Of a stretch of 64,000 nt of DNA, positions 30,098 through 39,157 are shown one piece after another. This DNA comes from Phycisphaerae bacterium. GTDB lineage: Bacteria; Planctomycetota; Phycisphaerae; UBA1845; Fen-1342. Made by a program: the position numbers and the translations under genes. Below the pieces are notes generated by a model. That model saw nothing but the letters and a program-made list of their open reading frames with translations, did not search any database and was not told the DNA's origin. The stretch spans positions 447,029 through 511,028 of the forward strand of contig CAXXWX010000019.1 in assembly GCA_963675745.2 (NCBI GenBank), in the 5' to 3' direction. The first letter of the stretch is position 1. Each line of letters starts with the position of its first letter.

Positions 30098-30391
30098 TGA
30101 GCGTCCTTTCCCGGTTGAAATGGGGGCAACCAATGCTGGCAACACCCGCGGCCGCGCCGTTAGTCGCGTCGTGCCCCGCGGGTCGGAAGCGAGAAGTATA
30201 GCCGTATTCGCCCGGTTCTCGTAGGTGCCGCACCTCGAGACGCACGCTACCATTTGTCACCGTGGGCGGCGGCGTCTTCTCACCCCGTCACGTAGCGTTC
30301 GTCATACGTGGGGCCTTCTGTGCCCACAATCGACGCGCGATGGAGCCGTGACTAGAATGGCCAACGACCGCTCGCATAGGGAGGTGCAACC

Positions 30392-31123
30392 ATGTTGCGA
30401 CCGCGTGGTATCCGAGTGTTCAACGGTCTCTGGCTACTTTGCGCGCTCGTCGTGTTGAGCGGATGTGCTACTCCGTACAGAACGCCTGGGGGCGGCGCCG
30501 ACTTCGCCATCTTCGCCGACGATGACATCAAGGCGATCCTTGATCGCAAGCCCGCTTCACCTTTTCCCGTCCATCTCGCGGTCGCCCGTGTGCAAGCACC
30601 CCATTATCGGTCCTATACGGCCCAAGGATACGGTCGCGGTCGCTTCAGCGTCGTGACGGTGCGTGACGTCGAGACGGAAGAGGACTTTGATCGCATTGCC
30701 GAGCTTCCCGAAATCACGCAGGTCGTCCCGCTCAACAGATTGCTGCTCAGCGATGAATTGGAGTCGGATCGGCAACTCAGGCAGGCTGCGGCGTCGCTGC
30801 ACGCCGACATGCTCATGCTGTACACCTTTGACACGGATTTCTTCGTCGGTGACGCCCTGCGCCCGCTATCAGTCATTTCGCTGGGTCTCTCTCCAAACAT
30901 GTATGTGCGCGTGACGACGACCGCATCCGCAATCCTCATTGATGTCCGCACCGGCTATGTCTACGGGGCCTGTGAGACCACGACTCGCAAGGAGCAACTG
31001 GCGAGCGCGTGGACAAGCAATGATGCGGTGGATCACTCGAGACTCAAGACCGAGCGCCAGGCGTTTGAGAACCTCTTGGGGGAGTTTGAGAGGCTGTGGA
31101 AAGCCATAGCCGCTGATCAGTGA
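30392..31123 (+). CDS. Hypothetical lipoprotein
   Basis: GGAGG RBS, LSGC lipobox, LIDVRTGY motif. Confidence 0.75.
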   Translation: MLRPRGIRVFNGLWLLCALVVLSGCATPYRTPGGGADFAIFADDDIKAILDRKPASPFPVHLAVARVQAPHYRSYTAQGYGRGRFSVVTVRDVETEEDFDRIAELPEITQVVPLNRLLLSDELESDRQLRQAAASLHADMLMLYTFDTDFFVGDALRPLSVISLGLSPNMYVRVTTTASAILIDVRTGYVYGACETTTRKEQLASAWTSNDAVDHSRLKTERQAFENLLGEFERLWKAIAADQ

Positions 31124-31170
31124 ACCTGGGCAACGACGGTATCGGTGGAGACAACCTGTCATGCTGAAGA

Positions 31171-31245
31171 ACATGCCGACGCGAACAGCCGTCGGCATGG
31201 CACCAGGCATGGCACCAGGCTGAAAGCTGATTGCTGACCGCTGAC
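31171..31245. repeat. Palindromic repeat (catgccgacg...cgtcggcatggcacc) plus gctgaNN heptamer run
   Basis: Inverted repeat, duplicated ggcatggcacca, and gctgaaa-gctgatt-gctgacc-gctgac. Confidence 0.6.
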
Positions 31246-31265
31246 GGCTTGCACACGCCGCGCAG

Positions 31266-31300
31266 AAAAGCGGGCGGCCGGATATGCTCCGGCCGCCCGT
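31266..31300 (-). terminator. Terminator downstream of tRNA-Leu
   Basis: cgggcggccgga/tccggccgcccg stem followed by TTTT on the minus strand. Confidence 0.8.
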
Positions 31301-31313
31301 TGGCGTTTTCGCA

Positions 31314-31398
31314 TGCGGATGAGAGGATTCGAACCTCCACGAGCGTAATGCCCACTGGCACCTGAAGCCAGCGCGTCTGCCAATTCCGCCACATCCGC
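31314..31398 (-). tRNA. tRNA-Leu (anticodon CAG)
   Basis: GCGGATG acceptor stem, D-arm GGAATTGGCAGAC, CTGGC-TTCAGGT-GCCAG anticodon arm, long variable arm, GGTTCGAATCC; CCA not encoded. Confidence 0.97.
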
Positions 31399-31509
31399 GA
31401 AGGCAATTCGGGTCGGCCGCATTGCATCCGAACCGATGACCCCTCAATATACGAGCATATCGGCCTAAGCGTCAAGGTCGACCTTGGAGGCGCTGATAGA
31501 ATGTCAAGA

Positions 31510-32706
31510 ATGAACGCATCGGAACCGCTTTTTCGCCGTCGCCGACAGGGTGGTCGCCGCGTCGTGGTGACCGGCCAGGTGGGGGTCGAAAAGAAGCCCT
31601 TTCTCGAACGCGTCCGCGAGCTGGCCGAGCGGCATGGCCAGAGTGCACGCGTCTTTCACATCGGCGACATGATGTACGCCGACGCGCCGGACGTGCGCGC
31701 GGGGCAGATCCTCGATCTGCCGCTGGCCCGGCTGCACTCCATCCGCCGCTCGGTGTTCAAGGAAGTGCTGGCCGAGGTCGATCAGCACGAGTTCGCCATC
31801 GTCAACACGCATGCGGCCTTCCGCTGGAAACACGGGCTGTTCCCGGCGTTTGACCACGATCACATGCAGGCCCTCGACGCCGATCTGTACATCACGCTCG
31901 TCGACAACGTCGATGCGGTACACGAGCGTCTGATGCGCGAGCATGACGTGGCCCACTCGCTAAAGGACATCATGGTCTGGCGTGAAGAGGAGATCCTGGC
32001 GACCGAGATCCTGGCCCACGCGATTCGCGGGCACGGCTGTTTTTACGTGTTCGCGCGGGGACTGGACGACAGCGCCGCCCAGGCGTTGCACCGGTTGATC
32101 TACAAGCCGGACACCAAGCGTGTATACCCGTCTTTTCCCATGACGCACGTAATGGACCTGCCCGACACGCTGGCGGAGATCGACGCCTTTCGCGCGGCTC
32201 TCAGCGAGCACTTCATCACATTCGACCCGGGTGACCTGGATGAGAAACGCCTGCTGTTCGAGGCCGCCGCCGCCGAAAAGCGGGGCGAATCGACCTTCAC
32301 GCTCAAAGTACACGATACTGACGTGGTGTTCAACGTGGCGGAAGTGGTCAGCGTGACGCGCGACATTGACGCCCAGATATACGCGCGCGACTTCAAGCTC
32401 ATCGACCAGTCCGACATGATAGTGAGCTTTGTGCCCGAACTGCCCAACGGCAAACCCGGCCTGTCCTCCGGCGTCGAACGCGAGTTGCAGCACGCGTATG
32501 AGGGTACGAAAGAGGTGTATGTCGTCTGGCAACCCGCCGCCGAACCTTCGCCGTTCATCACCGAAACCGCCACGCGTGTCTTCAAGACCATCGAAGACAC
32601 GCTGAACTTCTTCCAGCAGAAGGGTTATATCGATCAGCTTCAGAAGCCGCTGTTCAAAACCAAGCCCGTAGGTGACGAGCCGCGCGAACGCGGCCGATTC
32701 GGATAG
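31510..32706 (+). CDS. Adenylate-kinase-like P-loop domain fused to a nucleoside-deoxyribosyltransferase-like domain
   Basis: VVVTGQVGVEKK and IVNTHA (archaeal AdkA-like); C-terminal VYPSFPMT, RDFKLIDQSDMIV, SSGVERE; start 31501 or 31510. Confidence 0.65.
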   Translation: MNASEPLFRRRRQGGRRVVVTGQVGVEKKPFLERVRELAERHGQSARVFHIGDMMYADAPDVRAGQILDLPLARLHSIRRSVFKEVLAEVDQHEFAIVNTHAAFRWKHGLFPAFDHDHMQALDADLYITLVDNVDAVHERLMREHDVAHSLKDIMVWREEEILATEILAHAIRGHGCFYVFARGLDDSAAQALHRLIYKPDTKRVYPSFPMTHVMDLPDTLAEIDAFRAALSEHFITFDPGDLDEKRLLFEAAAAEKRGESTFTLKVHDTDVVFNVAEVVSVTRDIDAQIYARDFKLIDQSDMIVSFVPELPNGKPGLSSGVERELQHAYEGTKEVYVVWQPAAEPSPFITETATRVFKTIEDTLNFFQQKGYIDQLQKPLFKTKPVGDEPRERGRFG

Positions 32707-32738
32707 CCGCACCCGGAGATCGGGAAGGGGTGTTGCCA

Positions 32739-33779
32739 ATGTCAGGATATTGCTGCCGGGATGCCCGCGTTCTGCCGAAATCCGCGGCGCGGCGGGGGAC
32801 AACCATCGTTGAGCTGATCGCCGTTGCCGCCTGCACGGGGCTGTTGATCCTGTTGTTCGGTGCGGCGCTTCAGACATCGCGGGAAGATGACAAGGCCGCG
32901 ACCTGCCTGGCGAATCTGCACTCAGTTGCCGTGGCCGCGATGATCTACGGCAACGACTACAACGAGTCTGTCATCCCCATCCGCCCCGAAATGCAGCAAC
33001 CGTCCGATGAGTGGATGTGGAAGACGGTCCACGCATTTGCCTATGGCGGACGCTCCGCAACCAAGCCCATGCGACTGTTCGGTGCGCGGAAGATCTACCT
33101 CAACGACGTCAAGAACCAGGGGAAGGGCACGCGCGGTGCGGCGTATGCGATCAAGACGCGCGGCCTGACGCTCATGAACTACCCCCAAGTCGCGGACGAT
33201 ACCGACGTCGAAGAGCTCGACACACCCTTTTACCACTGCCCGTCGGATACCGGCTATCCGCGCAGTCCGCTGGTGCAATGGTCGCCGCGTGGCAACGCCA
33301 AGAAGTCATGCTATGACACGCTCGGGAACAGCTATCGCGCCAACCTGCACGCGCTATACCGCGACAACGGCGAGGCACTGTCGCTTGGTGCGTGGGGCAG
33401 CAGCGTTGTGTTCGCGGCGCGCGAGGTGCTGTTCGCCGAACCGGTTTTCTTCGAACACGCCACGGCCGACCTGCGCAAGTCCGGACGTCAGCTCAAGAGC
33501 CTTCAGAGCTGGCACGGGCATGACGTCGTGGCCAACGTGGCGTTCGGCGATGGACATTGCGTAAAAATGAAAGACATGGAGAGAACCACCTACGACGAGA
33601 ACGAGTTGAAGGCGATGGGGTTGTCGCGCGCAAATGGGGCATATCTGGCGCGCGGCGCCCGCTGGCAGCTCGACCGCTACCCGATCAAGGGCCGACCGGT
33701 GTGCGGCGACTGGTCTGATTCGGGCGGCTTCGCGGATTTGGATCCGTCCCAGTGGCCGTTCACGCGCGGACGTGAGTAG
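32739..33779 (+). CDS. Prepilin-like N-terminal / H-X9-DG (DUF1559-like) protein
   Basis: RRG|TTIVELIAV, CLANL, YHCPSD, WH...NVAFGDGH. Confidence 0.8.
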   Translation: MSGYCCRDARVLPKSAARRGTTIVELIAVAACTGLLILLFGAALQTSREDDKAATCLANLHSVAVAAMIYGNDYNESVIPIRPEMQQPSDEWMWKTVHAFAYGGRSATKPMRLFGARKIYLNDVKNQGKGTRGAAYAIKTRGLTLMNYPQVADDTDVEELDTPFYHCPSDTGYPRSPLVQWSPRGNAKKSCYDTLGNSYRANLHALYRDNGEALSLGAWGSSVVFAAREVLFAEPVFFEHATADLRKSGRQLKSLQSWHGHDVVANVAFGDGHCVKMKDMERTTYDENELKAMGLSRANGAYLARGARWQLDRYPIKGRPVCGDWSDSGGFADLDPSQWPFTRGRE

Positions 33780-33886
33780 GGCGTTTTGCAGCAATGCGTG
33801 GCGCCCGACTCCCGAGTCGGACGCTATGCGAACGCGGGAGAAGCCCCAGCCATTAGGCTCGGGTTTCTGATCGGAGGTTTCAGCCA

Positions 33887-35092
33887 ATGAGATGTGCCGG
33901 TGTGATCGTCCTGCTGTTGACTGGTGCGGCAGCCGTGGCCCAGCCCGATGTTCGCGGCGATGAGAAGGAGCAATCGCAGGCTACCTACGAGGGAGACGTC
34001 GGGAGTGTACGTGTGCAGGAGGAAGGCACATGGTCCGCCGGGCGACCGCTGAGCCTGCGGGGCAACAAGGCCGTCCTGCTCCATTTCTGGGATGCCAAGC
34101 GCTCCGCAAAAAGCGACCTCGACCTTGTGATGCACCTGCACGAGGCATACTGGCGCAGCGATTTGTTTGTCCGCAGTATTTTTGTCGGCGACCCCGATGA
34201 TCTCCCCAGGTTTGCCGAAGAGCAGGCCCGGCGACGATTCGTCGTCGTTGACGCCGATGGCCAGACCGCCGCGGCTTTTGATGTGAAGTCACTACCGGCG
34301 GTCTTCGTGCTCGATCGTCGCGGAACCGTGTGTTGTATGGAGAGCAGTGCCAAAGACCTGGAGGCGGAGATCCGCAAGGTTCTCCGCGAGGATTGGAACG
34401 TGCAGGGTGATCGCGGGGGAGAGCAGATCAAACACGGTCCACCGGCCAAGCTGGAGCCGCCGCGCAAGCTGGCTTCGCGTTGGCGCTCGCGCACGTATGA
34501 CGTGTACGAGAATGGCAAGAAGACCGGCACCGTCGTAATGTCGCACAAAAACGACCGCGTGGATCGCAAGAAGGCGCTGCGCATGACCGATGAGGCGACC
34601 TGGTCAGAGGATGGCGAGCAACGGCGTTTCCGCTTTGACACGTACTGCACGGACCCGAAGGTGTTGACCGCGTGGAAGGTGAAGGCGGAGTTTCTCGACG
34701 CCAATCCGCCGGGGCCGTCTATCGATCTCACGTTCGAAGACGGTCGCATGACCGGTCGGACGAAGGACGAGGAGATTTCGCGGGCGCTCCCGTCGGGGCC
34801 GGTGGTGTCACATTTCGGGATCTACCGACTGGCCGCCTTGATGCCCCAGAAAGCCGGCGTCGAGTTTGAGTTCAATCGCCTGGATTTCCAGGACGCGCGC
34901 ATAAGCTGGGGCAACACCCTGGTCTGTGTCGGTGAGGAACAGATCGAGTACGACGGGAAAATGCAGAAGACCTGGAAATTCGAGGTCCGCCGCGGTACCG
35001 AGGTGCGCGAGGCAATCTGGATTGACCGGCGCGGCACCATGCTGAAAGGCACGCTCAGTCGCCGTAGCTACCTGTTGCTGGTTGACGATTGA
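33887..35092 (+). CDS. Secreted protein with redoxin-fold domain (no CxxC) and beta-rich C-terminal domain
   Basis: Signal; SLRGNKAVLLHFW, D..GQTAAAFDV..LPAVFVLDRRG. Confidence 0.65.
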   Translation: MRCAGVIVLLLTGAAAVAQPDVRGDEKEQSQATYEGDVGSVRVQEEGTWSAGRPLSLRGNKAVLLHFWDAKRSAKSDLDLVMHLHEAYWRSDLFVRSIFVGDPDDLPRFAEEQARRRFVVVDADGQTAAAFDVKSLPAVFVLDRRGTVCCMESSAKDLEAEIRKVLREDWNVQGDRGGEQIKHGPPAKLEPPRKLASRWRSRTYDVYENGKKTGTVVMSHKNDRVDRKKALRMTDEATWSEDGEQRRFRFDTYCTDPKVLTAWKVKAEFLDANPPGPSIDLTFEDGRMTGRTKDEEISRALPSGPVVSHFGIYRLAALMPQKAGVEFEFNRLDFQDARISWGNTLVCVGEEQIEYDGKMQKTWKFEVRRGTEVREAIWIDRRGTMLKGTLSRRSYLLLVDD

Positions 35093-35389
35093 CACCGGCG
35101 CAGCGCTGCAACCGGTTCCAACACGGCTCCACGGTAGGTCTTCACCTGGTGCGGCTCGCGCCGTGACGGTTGCTTCTGTGCTTCGCAACGTCCTGTCAGA
35201 ATCCGCGTGACGCCGTGACGCCGGGCGGGATCGCCCCGCAGCGGTGTTATGGGGTTTTTCTTCCCGTGTCCGATCGACCGTTCACCCAGGGGCATGATAG
35301 AATCACTTCCGCTATGTGGTATCCGGCACGGCGCGAATGGACCGGATGCCGGAGTTTAGACAACACTCAACCCGCTGCGGAGGCACGGA

Positions 35390-36262
35390 ATGCTCAATCA
35401 CAAGTTGTCCAGATGGACGCTGGCTCTCACGTTCGCCGGCGCGATGATGGCGTTTGGCGTGGCGCAGGCCGCCGCCCAGACAAAAGTGACCAGGAAACAG
35501 CCCACCGCCACCAAGGGAGCGGCACAGAGCAAGCGACCGGTGACGCAACCGCCGGGCACAACGGTCAAGCCGCGCGGCACGGTCGTCCAGACGACGCCGG
35601 TACGCCCCGGAGTTCGCACGCCGAAGAGGTATGTGCGCACGCATCGCGACTACGGCCACGTACGCGTGGTCGAGCGCACGCCGATCGTTCGACGGCGCGT
35701 GGAGACGCGTCAGGTGATCGTCCGCAGCGCGCGAGTTTCGCCGATCATCATCGAGCGTTTTCCGCCGGCGCGGCGTGATCATCTACACTCGGTGATCCGC
35801 CTCTTCCGTGAAGGGCGCCGCCCGGAGGCGCTGAAGGTGTGGGCGACGTTTGTCGGCGGCCTGCGCGACTACGACGAGCCGGTCGATCTGGACGACGTCA
35901 TGCTGTACGTCGCGCGGGAGAGCAGTTTCTACGAAGACACGGATGTTCTGCTCAGTGCTGCGCGGCTGGAGCAATTGGAAGAGCGGGAAGAACGGTTGGA
36001 GAGCTACGTCCGCCAGCTTCACGATCTGCGCAGTGATTGCGAGCGCGGCGTCAGGAACTGCTCGGGCGCGACCGCGTACAACATCGAAAACGAAATCCGC
36101 AACGCGCACGCTGATCTGCTGGCCGCGCGAGCGGATGTTGCGCGGGCCCAGACGTTGTTTGAAGTCGCGATTGCGGCGGCTGAGCGCGACGAAGATCGTT
36201 TCGCCACCGTGCTCGACGGGCTGTACGCGGAAGTCGAGGTGCGTGTGCGGGTCACACCCTGA
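35390..36262 (+). CDS. Hypothetical secreted protein (basic low-complexity N-terminus, coiled coil)
   Basis: GGAGG RBS, AQAAA signal; TGaTAGAAT extended -10 at ~35295. Confidence 0.7.
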   Translation: MLNHKLSRWTLALTFAGAMMAFGVAQAAAQTKVTRKQPTATKGAAQSKRPVTQPPGTTVKPRGTVVQTTPVRPGVRTPKRYVRTHRDYGHVRVVERTPIVRRRVETRQVIVRSARVSPIIIERFPPARRDHLHSVIRLFREGRRPEALKVWATFVGGLRDYDEPVDLDDVMLYVARESSFYEDTDVLLSAARLEQLEEREERLESYVRQLHDLRSDCERGVRNCSGATAYNIENEIRNAHADLLAARADVARAQTLFEVAIAAAERDEDRFATVLDGLYAEVEVRVRVTP

Positions 36263-36375
36263 TTGGTGTGGACGTTGCGCCCGACTGGCCGAGCTAAGCA
36301 CCACGGAGAATCAGCGACCAGCATTGCCGCTGGCTGATATTGAAATACAGACCCCCAACCCACTGGAGAGTTTTC

Positions 36376-36945
36376 ATGCGTGCAACCTTGATTATGACCA
36401 TCATCGGCGCCCTCGCGCTGGCCGGCTGCAATCTGGACGTGGACGAGTTTCTGGACGAGTTGGAGAACATCGAAATACTCATCGGCGACTCGGTGGATGT
36501 CATTCAGCGTGACGACCCCCGGACCGTCCAACTGCCCGACGCATTCATCGACCGCGGAGACAGCGTCGTGATCAACACGTTGGTTGACGTGATCGTCGAT
36601 GTGTCGACGGAGCTCATTTACGAAGAGCTGCCGAACGTAACGCTGATCGGTTTCGAGAACCTCACCGGCTATGACGTATACATGACGTACCTGGTCGACG
36701 GTGAGTTTCAGGGAGTGTTCGTCTATGACGGCGAGACATTGCTGCTCGAGTATCCCTGCGTGGACATAATCGAAATGCTCACCGAGGAAGATTTTGACCC
36801 CATCTTCGGCGACTTCGTACGGGAGTTCGACATCAGCGACACGTACTACACGAACCCGTTCGACTTCGAGTGCGGCGACGCGCTGATCGTCACGATTGAT
36901 CCCGTATCCCTGGTTGCCAACGCCGAACGTCTCGACTTGTACTAG
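36376..36945 (+). CDS. Acidic hypothetical lipoprotein
   Basis: GGAG RBS, LAGC lipobox, two additional Cys. Confidence 0.75.
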   Translation: MRATLIMTIIGALALAGCNLDVDEFLDELENIEILIGDSVDVIQRDDPRTVQLPDAFIDRGDSVVINTLVDVIVDVSTELIYEELPNVTLIGFENLTGYDVYMTYLVDGEFQGVFVYDGETLLLEYPCVDIIEMLTEEDFDPIFGDFVREFDISDTYYTNPFDFECGDALIVTIDPVSLVANAERLDLY

Positions 36946-36983
36946 CAGTCTCCCGCGCTGCGGGACTTGCCGATCGCCGGGAA

Positions 36984-37020
36984 GCCGCGCCAACCGCCGT
37001 TTACCGGCGGTTGGCGCGGC
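36984..37020. terminator. Hairpin between convergent genes
   Basis: gccgcgccaaccgccg / cggcggttggcgcggc inverted repeat. Confidence 0.65.
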
Positions 37021-37026
37021 CGTTCC

Positions 37027-37884
37027 CTATTCGGGGGGCTCGCATCGGGAGCACGGTCTGAGACCGCGCTTCTTGGCCTCGTCAAGCGTGATCGTCAACT
37101 CACTGCCGTGCAGATGCGAGCAGTCTTTCTTGTGATAGCACTGGCCGCTGGGGGTGATATAGACCATTGTCGCTGATTCGGTCTTCTTCGCCTCGGTGGT
37201 ACGCTCGCGCGTCGGTCGCGCGGATGCGCGGCGCGCGCTCTCCTCGCTGTCTCTGTCCCGTGGTTCTAGTCGGCGGGCACGCGGTGCCCAGTTACCCCGG
37301 CGGTGCTTGCGGGCGGATGCGTCGTAGTACGCGAACAACTCGCCGTAACGCAGCGCACCCTGCGAGTCCGCACGGACATAGCCCTGTCGCACGAGCTCCA
37401 GATTGACAAAGAGACCATCCGGTGCGCGGAACACATAGGCTCCGGTTGCGCTATGGGAGTCCGGGCTCGGCGTGACCGCCGGCGCATCCGGTTCTTCGGC
37501 AGCTTCGCCGCCAGCGTCGGGGTCTGGCACTTCCTGCTCGAGATACACAGATTCACCGCGCAGCAGATTGTCGAGAAATCGTCGCGTGTCATCGGCCCTG
37601 GGGCTTGCCGAACTGGGGGGGCGAATCCCGAGCAGCCGGTACTTCGTCCGCACGCCGCCAGCTTCGACTATGACAACATCTCCGGCCGGCACCGACAGAA
37701 CCCGCAACGGCTCACGATCAGCGAAATCCATCACCGGCAGACGCGGAGGCTGGATATCCGGCGTCGGGCCACCACCGGTGAGCAGCATCATTGCCATCGC
37801 CAGCGCGCCAATCGCCCAGCGGCGGCCCGGGCCGACGATCGCGGTGGCAGGCAAACGACTGAGGCGATTGAAGACAGTGAACAT
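37027..37884 (-). CDS. Thermonuclease (SNase)-fold protein with C-terminal Ada-like metal-binding motif
   Basis: YRLLGI, AYVFR...FVNLELVRQGY, ARK.RRG.W; YITPSGQCYHKKDC...PCSRC. Confidence 0.75.
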   Translation of the reverse strand: MFTVFNRLSRLPATAIVGPGRRWAIGALAMAMMLLTGGGPTPDIQPPRLPVMDFADREPLRVLSVPAGDVVIVEAGGVRTKYRLLGIRPPSSASPRADDTRRFLDNLLRGESVYLEQEVPDPDAGGEAAEEPDAPAVTPSPDSHSATGAYVFRAPDGLFVNLELVRQGYVRADSQGALRYGELFAYYDASARKHRRGNWAPRARRLEPRDRDSEESARRASARPTRERTTEAKKTESATMVYITPSGQCYHKKDCSHLHGSELTITLDEAKKRGLRPCSRCEPPE

Positions 37885-38107
37885 GAGAACCCCGGACGCT
37901 GTAGAAGTAGATCAGCACCCCTACAAACTCTTGACCGTCATAATACGGGTTCTGGCTCGAAGAGACAACTCCATCCATATGCGCCCGGCGGATGGTTGCA
38001 GTGGCTCATCGCGGATCGGGGCCCCTCCTGGGGGGCTTACGCTCCGGGCACACGTACTGGCAGCCATCTCTATGTGCCGCGTGGCACATGCGCCCTTTTC
38101 TGAAAGA

Positions 38108-39157
38108 TCAATACAGGAAGTGCTCTTCGATAAACGCGGCTGCTTCGGGAAAACGCTCAGCAGCCGCCGCGAAATCGACATCCATCAGCTTCATTTTGCT
38201 CAAATCAGCCACGCGCGAGCGGGCCGTCGTCTTGCGGTTCAGCGGGATCTGGGCCGACGGCCCTTCGGCCAGGCGCGCTTCAACCTCGGCGGATAGCAGA
38301 TATTCGATCAGCGCCAAGGCCTCCCGCGGGTGCGGAGCACCTTTGACAACCGACAGCGTGTTCGGTAAGGCCAGGGTCCCCATCTGACCGTCGCCGCCGT
38401 CGGGAAAGATTATCTCGACCGGACGCCCGGCTTCCACCTCGATGATCGCGTCATCGGTGTCGGTCAGGGCGTACGCCAATTGGCCGGCGGCGACCTTCTC
38501 CGCGCACGTCTTGTTGCCCGCCAGGATTTCGATCTCATTGTCCTTGAAAGAAGTCAACAGCGATCGGGCCGCGTCGGGGCCCAGGGCGGCGAACAAACAG
38601 GCCACATGAGAGGCCGTCGTGCCAAACAGCGGCTTGGCAATCCCTGTTTTGCCGCGCCAGTCCGGGGCCGCCAGGTCAGACACAGACGTCGGCATGTCAG
38701 AGCGTGTGACAAGCTCGGTGTTAACGATCAGTACACGCGCGCGCGCTGCAAACCCATACCAGAAACCCTCGGCGTCGCGAAACTGCTCGGGGTAATTCGC
38801 CGCTGCTTCCGGCTTACACGGCTGCAACAGACCCTCGTTTTTCAACCGCAGCGTGTTGAGAATCTCATTGTTCCAGAAGACATCACAGCGCGGGTTACCC
38901 GCCTCGGCGCGGATTCGGTTGACCAGCCCCACCGTCTTGGTTGCCTCGGTGTCATAGGCGGCGCGCATCGCTATCCCGGTCTTCTCCGTGAAGCTCTCCA
39001 GGATCGGCGCTGAGAACTCCCGATCCAGCGCCGTGTAGACGATGACAACGCGGTTGGCACCGGCATGTGTTTGCTCGGAACCACGATCACAGCCGGTTCC
39101 CAGGACTATCAACCCCGTCGCGAGAGCGACTGCAATACGCAAATGCCCGGTCATCAT
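38108..39157 (-). CDS. ABC transporter substrate-binding lipoprotein (AfuA/FbpA iron-type)
   Basis: GTGC lipobox-like site, YTALDREFS, DTEATKTVGL, DVFWNNE, ARARV, TDTDD. Confidence 0.85.
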   Translation of the reverse strand: MMTGHLRIAVALATGLIVLGTGCDRGSEQTHAGANRVVIVYTALDREFSAPILESFTEKTGIAMRAAYDTEATKTVGLVNRIRAEAGNPRCDVFWNNEILNTLRLKNEGLLQPCKPEAAANYPEQFRDAEGFWYGFAARARVLIVNTELVTRSDMPTSVSDLAAPDWRGKTGIAKPLFGTTASHVACLFAALGPDAARSLLTSFKDNEIEILAGNKTCAEKVAAGQLAYALTDTDDAIIEVEAGRPVEIIFPDGGDGQMGTLALPNTLSVVKGAPHPREALALIEYLLSAEVEARLAEGPSAQIPLNRKTTARSRVADLSKMKLMDVDFAAAAERFPEAAAFIEEHFLY

